From: Acidobacteriota bacterium
Lineage (GTDB): Bacteria; Acidobacteriota; Vicinamibacteria; Vicinamibacterales; Fen-181
Length of the DNA: 64,000 nucleotides
Direction: 5' to 3'
NCBI GenBank assembly: GCA_003170135.1
Contig: PMZR01000084.1
Coordinates: 36,674 to 100,673 of the forward strand
The notes under the pieces are model-generated. The model ran no database searches. It was not told the DNA's origin and worked only from the letters and a program-made list of their open reading frames with translations. Every line of letters begins with the position of its first letter. The first letter of the stretch is position 1. Shown piece by piece: positions 60,501 to 64,000 of the stretch. The translations under genes and the position numbers were made by a program.

Positions 60501-60611
60501 CAGTGGATAGTGGGCAGTGGGTCGTGGGTCGTGGGTAGTGGATAGTCGGGGGTAAGCGCACCAAGGACCAAGGACGAGGGACCAAGGACCAAGGACGAGG
60601 GACCAAGGACC
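60501..60611. repeat. Two abutting heptanucleotide arrays: YMGTGGR x7, then CCAAGGA/CGAGGGA x7
   Basis: cagtgga tagtggg cagtggg tcgtggg tcgtggg tagtgga tagtcgg ... ccaagga ccaagga cgaggga ccaagga ccaagga cgaggga ccaagga. Confidence 0.95.
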
Positions 60612-60616
60612 ATTTC

Positions 60617-61405
60617 ATGAAGGTCGAGTTGCGAGGCGTGACGAAGACGTTCGAGGGCAAGAGCCCCGTCGTCGCCCTCGACTCAATCGATCTCGGCGTG
60701 CGCGCGGGCGAGTTCGTGTGCCTGCTGGGACCATCCGGGTGCGGCAAATCCACGCTGCTCAACCTCGTGGCCGGGCTCGATCAGCCGACAAGCGGAGACG
60801 TGCTGGTGGACGACCGGCCCGTCCGGGGGCCCGGGACCGACCGCGTCATGATCTTCCAGACGGCGGCGCTGTTTCCCTGGCTCGACGTTCTCGGCAACGT
60901 CGAATTCGGCCTGCGGATGAGCGGCGCCGTGAGGCGCGAGCGCGAGGACATCGCGCGCCGTCACCTGCGGATGGTCCACCTGCTGGACTTCGAGCAGACC
61001 TTCGTGCACCAGTTATCGGGGGGCATGAAGCAGCGCGTGGCGCTGGCGCGGGCACTGGCCCTCGATCCGAAGGTGCTCTTGATGGACGAGCCGTTCGGCG
61101 CCCTCGACGCCCAGACGCGTGACCTTCTGCACGACGAGCTGCAGAACATCTGGTCGGCGACGGCCAAGACCATCATCTTCGTCACGCACAACGTGCGCGA
61201 AGCCATCGTCCTGGGCGATCGCGTGGTGGTACTCTCTCCCCGGCCCGGCCGGATCAAGCAGGAGTTCGTGATCGATCTGCCGCGGCCGCGGCAGATCGAG
61301 AATTACGCGGTGGTCGATCTCTCCCGCGAGATTCTCAACGTGCTGAAAGACGGTGGGCAGGGGGCGGTGCTGCCGGGCGACGGCCGGCCGGGAACCCTCT
61401 CATGA
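60617..61405 (+). CDS. ABC transporter ATP-binding protein (SsuB/TauB/NrtD-like)
   Basis: Walker A GPSGCGKST, signature LSGGMKQR, Walker B LLMDEPF. Confidence 0.88.
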   Translation: MKVELRGVTKTFEGKSPVVALDSIDLGVRAGEFVCLLGPSGCGKSTLLNLVAGLDQPTSGDVLVDDRPVRGPGTDRVMIFQTAALFPWLDVLGNVEFGLRMSGAVRREREDIARRHLRMVHLLDFEQTFVHQLSGGMKQRVALARALALDPKVLLMDEPFGALDAQTRDLLHDELQNIWSATAKTIIFVTHNVREAIVLGDRVVVLSPRPGRIKQEFVIDLPRPRQIENYAVVDLSREILNVLKDGGQGAVLPGDGRPGTLS

Positions 61406-62208
61406 TCGACATCGACACGACGATCGCGCGCACGCGCCGCCCGGGCCTGTTTGCCCGGCCCGCGATCCGCAAGCTGGCGTTCTTTCTGCTGCTCGCCGCC
61501 GGCTGGGAAGGGCTGTTTCGCCTCGGGCTGTGGCCGCCGTACCTGTTTCCGTCGCCGTCGGGCGTGGCGCGGACGCTGGCCCGCGGCTTCGGAAACGGGA
61601 CCTTCCTCATCGGCATCGCCGTCAGCATGCGGCGCCTGCTCATCGGCTTCGCGGCCTCGGCGGTCGCGGGCACGCTGCTCGGCCTGGCGCTCGGCCGCGT
61701 GCGCCTGCTCGACCAGACCTTGGGTTCCCTGGTGCTCGGGTTGCAGGCGCTGCCCAGCATCTGCTGGCTCCCGCTCGCGCTGCTCTGGTTCGGCCTCGGC
61801 GAGCCGGCGATCCTGTTCGTCGTCATCACCGGCGCGCTGCTGGCGATCACGCTGTCGACGCAGGCCGGCGTGAAGAACACCGATCCCGTCTACCTGCGCG
61901 CCGCGCTCAACCTCGGCGCCCGCGGCTGGCGGCTCTACCTGCTCGTCGTCCTGCCCGCCGCGCTGCCGGCAATCATCTCCGGCATGAAGCTCGGGTGGTC
62001 CTTCGCGTGGCGGTCACTGATGGCCGCCGAGTTGCTCTACGTCAGCCTGGGCCTCGGCCAGTTGCTCATGATGGGCCGAGAACTCAACGACATGAACCAG
62101 GTCGTCGCGGTCATGCTCGTCATCATCGCGATCGGCCTGGCGGTCGATCGGCTCTTCTTCACGCCGCTCGAGACCCGCGTGCGCGCACGGTGGGGACTCG
62201 GCGAGTAA
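61402..62208 (+). CDS. ABC transporter permease (SsuC/TauC-like)
   Basis: 268 aa, 6 TM. ATGA overlap with the ATPase gene. EAA-like loop LRAALNLGARGWRL. Confidence 0.85.
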   Translation: MIDIDTTIARTRRPGLFARPAIRKLAFFLLLAAGWEGLFRLGLWPPYLFPSPSGVARTLARGFGNGTFLIGIAVSMRRLLIGFAASAVAGTLLGLALGRVRLLDQTLGSLVLGLQALPSICWLPLALLWFGLGEPAILFVVITGALLAITLSTQAGVKNTDPVYLRAALNLGARGWRLYLLVVLPAALPAIISGMKLGWSFAWRSLMAAELLYVSLGLGQLLMMGRELNDMNQVVAVMLVIIAIGLAVDRLFFTPLETRVRARWGLGE

Positions 62209-62238
62209 CGTCAGGTCTCACGGGTTGGGGTAATCATC

Positions 62239-63378
62239 ATGACAGCAGGGGCCTATCCCGCCGCTCGAACGGTCGTCCCGCGGATAGAGTCGCATTTCGC
62301 GCGACATCTCGAGGCGGCCCGCCAGCACGGCGTGGCGCCGCTCGCGTCCTCCCCCGACCCCGAGGCGATCGAGGCGATCATCGACGCGGCGTTCTGGGCA
62401 AGCCTCAGGCGTGAGGAAGGGTACGTCCCGAAGATCTCGTTCGCCTTCCTCCCACCCGAGCAAAGCGAGCGTCCGCTGCGGTTCGAGCAGCCGCTCGCGC
62501 TCACCCCGGACGCCCTCGCGCGGGTGGCGCCGGCCGTCGAGCGCCCCGGCATCCACCTGGGTGTCTGGCGCGGGCCGGACGGGTTGTGCGTGTGGGGAAC
62601 CACCCGATCGATTCCCGCCTATTGCTTCGTGCTCGAGGTCGCGGCCCCGGGACTGCTCGTCGTCAAGCACCATCGCAGCGGCGAAGCGGGCAAGTTCGCC
62701 AACATCGCGGTGCTGGAGGGCGACGACATCAAGGTGGTGGACGAGCAGGCCTCCAGCCTGCCGGATTGCCCGGCGCTGCTGAGATCGATGCTTGGCTTCG
62801 ATTCGCCGGCCTCGTGGATCGATTCCGTCAACGTGCTGGTGCAGCTCGCCGTCTCGATGCGTGGGCACGGCCGCGGCGGGTTGCTGCTCGTCGTGCCGTC
62901 CCACACGGAGGCCTGGCGCGAATCGATCGTGAGACCCATCCCGTACGCCCTGCTGCAGCCGTTCTCTGAACTGCGGGAACTGGGACGGCAGCCGCCCGAC
63001 GAACGGCGTTACCGCTCGTGGCAGGAAGCCCTCGGACGGGCGGTGGAGAGCATCGCGGGCCTGACAGCAGTCGATGGCGCGACGGTGCTGACCGATCAAC
63101 ACGATCTCCTGGCGTTCGGCGCCAAGATCGCAAGACGCGAGGGATGGCCGCAGGTTGAAAAGGTGATCGTGACGGAACCGATCGAGGGTCGCCCCGCCGC
63201 CGTCTTCGATCCTGGCCAACTCGGTGGAACCAGGCACCTCTCGGCGGCGCAGTTCGTCCACGATCAGCGCGACGCCGTGGCGCTGGTCGCGTCGCAGGAC
63301 GGCCGCTTCACGGTGTTCGCCTGGTCGCCATGTGACCAAATGGTGCATGCGCACCGCGTCGAGGCGTTGCTCCTCTGA
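62239..63378 (+). CDS. DisA_N (diadenylate cyclase)-like domain protein with N-terminal uncharacterised sensor-like domain
   Basis: 379 aa. GHGRGGLLLVV, LTAVDGATVL (DGA) and GGTRHLSAAQF (RHR replaced by RHL) followed by ALVASQDGRFTVF. Confidence 0.5.
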   Translation: MTAGAYPAARTVVPRIESHFARHLEAARQHGVAPLASSPDPEAIEAIIDAAFWASLRREEGYVPKISFAFLPPEQSERPLRFEQPLALTPDALARVAPAVERPGIHLGVWRGPDGLCVWGTTRSIPAYCFVLEVAAPGLLVVKHHRSGEAGKFANIAVLEGDDIKVVDEQASSLPDCPALLRSMLGFDSPASWIDSVNVLVQLAVSMRGHGRGGLLLVVPSHTEAWRESIVRPIPYALLQPFSELRELGRQPPDERRYRSWQEALGRAVESIAGLTAVDGATVLTDQHDLLAFGAKIARREGWPQVEKVIVTEPIEGRPAAVFDPGQLGGTRHLSAAQFVHDQRDAVALVASQDGRFTVFAWSPCDQMVHAHRVEALLL

Positions 63379-63380
63379 CG

Positions 63381-64000
63381 CTACCGATCGGACGAGGCCT
63401 GTCGCAGGCTGATCGTGCCGCGGAAGCTCTCCAGATCCAGGCGAGCCATGCCGGTTCCGAGGACGAAGCCGAAACGCTTGTGTCGCGCGCTCTCCTCGGG
63501 CAGCTTCACCGGAAACGTCGAACGGAACTGGCCTTCGAACGCGCGAACGGACACCGCGGCATTGTCCGTGGGCGGAAGCGTGACGTCGATGTCGCCATCG
63601 TGCGTCGCAAACTGGTAGTGTCCCTGGCTGATCATCGGGCCGTCCCAACTGACGTCGCCGCCGATGGTCCCGACCTCAACCGACGTGGACTGGACTCCCT
63701 GCAGCTTCACGTTGCCGTTCACGGTCTCCGCGAACAGATCGCCGTGCAGGCCGGTGACGCGGACTCCGTTGTTCACGCCGCTCAGATCGGCGCGACCCTC
63801 GCCGCCCTCGAGGACGACCTCGCCTTCGATCGTCTTCAAGCTGATCGTGCCGACGCCACCCGTGACCGTCACGTCGCCCCGCACCGTTGCGGCCGCGACG
63901 CTGGCGCGGGTGCCGGTCACCGAGATGTCGACATACGTTCCGACGATGGCGACCGCCATCCACGTCGGCACGTCGATGTCCACGTCGATGGCATGCGGCG
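63381..64000 (-). CDS. DUF4097-like beta-strand repeat protein (5' end beyond window)
   Basis: Repetitive V-x-G-D-V/I beta-strand units (GDVTVTGG, GEVVLEGG, GNVKLQG, GDVSWDG, GDIDVTL). The frame is still open at the window edge. Confidence 0.5.
   Translation of the reverse strand, partial: PHAIDVDIDVPTWMAVAIVGTYVDISVTGTRASVAAATVRGDVTVTGGVGTISLKTIEGEVVLEGGEGRADLSGVNNGVRVTGLHGDLFAETVNGNVKLQGVQSTSVEVGTIGGDVSWDGPMISQGHYQFATHDGDIDVTLPPTDNAAVSVRAFEGQFRSTFPVKLPEESARHKRFGFVLGTGMARLDLESFRGTISLRQASSDR

Noticed and set aside
262-60611. Could the short tandem repeat arrays be CRISPR arrays?
   Set aside because: The repeat unit is 7 nt with no unique spacers between units. There are no cas genes. The arrays are far too short-period for CRISPR.

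Overview
High-GC, densely coding bacterial chromosomal segment dominated by anaerobic sulfur and energy metabolism. I found no rRNA, tRNA or CRISPR. All family calls rest on motif recognition by eye and on gene order, not on searches.

Gene content, in order:
- **Dissimilatory sulfite reductase locus (2.6-15.5 kb):** cobA (divergent), then dsrA-B-D-L(like)-C-T-M-K-J-O-P-N.
- **Cys-rich DUF genes,** a methyltransferase and an SLC13 permease.
- **DUF134/NifX-like/TrmO-like cluster.**
- **Split-Soret-like dihaem gene** interrupted by an in-frame TAG.
- **MerR, octahaem cytochrome, cytochrome b and YeeE/YedE-rhodanese module.**
- **TauE/DUF1634 pair,** a MOCOS-like PLP enzyme, Usp and OsmC.
- **A second DsrMK-like pair,** followed by an IS481-family insertion.
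- **An operon of a DsrM-like membrane protein, an HdrD-like protein fused to a receiver domain, and a Cys-motif PAS histidine kinase,** with a paralogous stand-alone receiver next to it.
- **hypAB, mvhDGA, a hydrogenase maturation protease and hdrCBA.**
- **A GAF two-component pair,** an M49-like peptidase, a sulfonate/nitrate-type ABC transporter and a DAC-like protein.

Most striking non-genic signals:
- Tandem heptanucleotide arrays (period 7, several recurring sequence families, sometimes in inverted pairs) occupy most intergenic gaps. They run into several reading frames.
- A family of GC-stem hairpins with a TTCA/TGAA loop recurs across the window.
- Two near-identical CRP/FNR-type palindromes are present.
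- A 56-bp direct repeat brackets 10.8 kb of accessory sulfur genes.

The host is probably an Acidobacteriota-like anaerobe, but this is a low-confidence inference.
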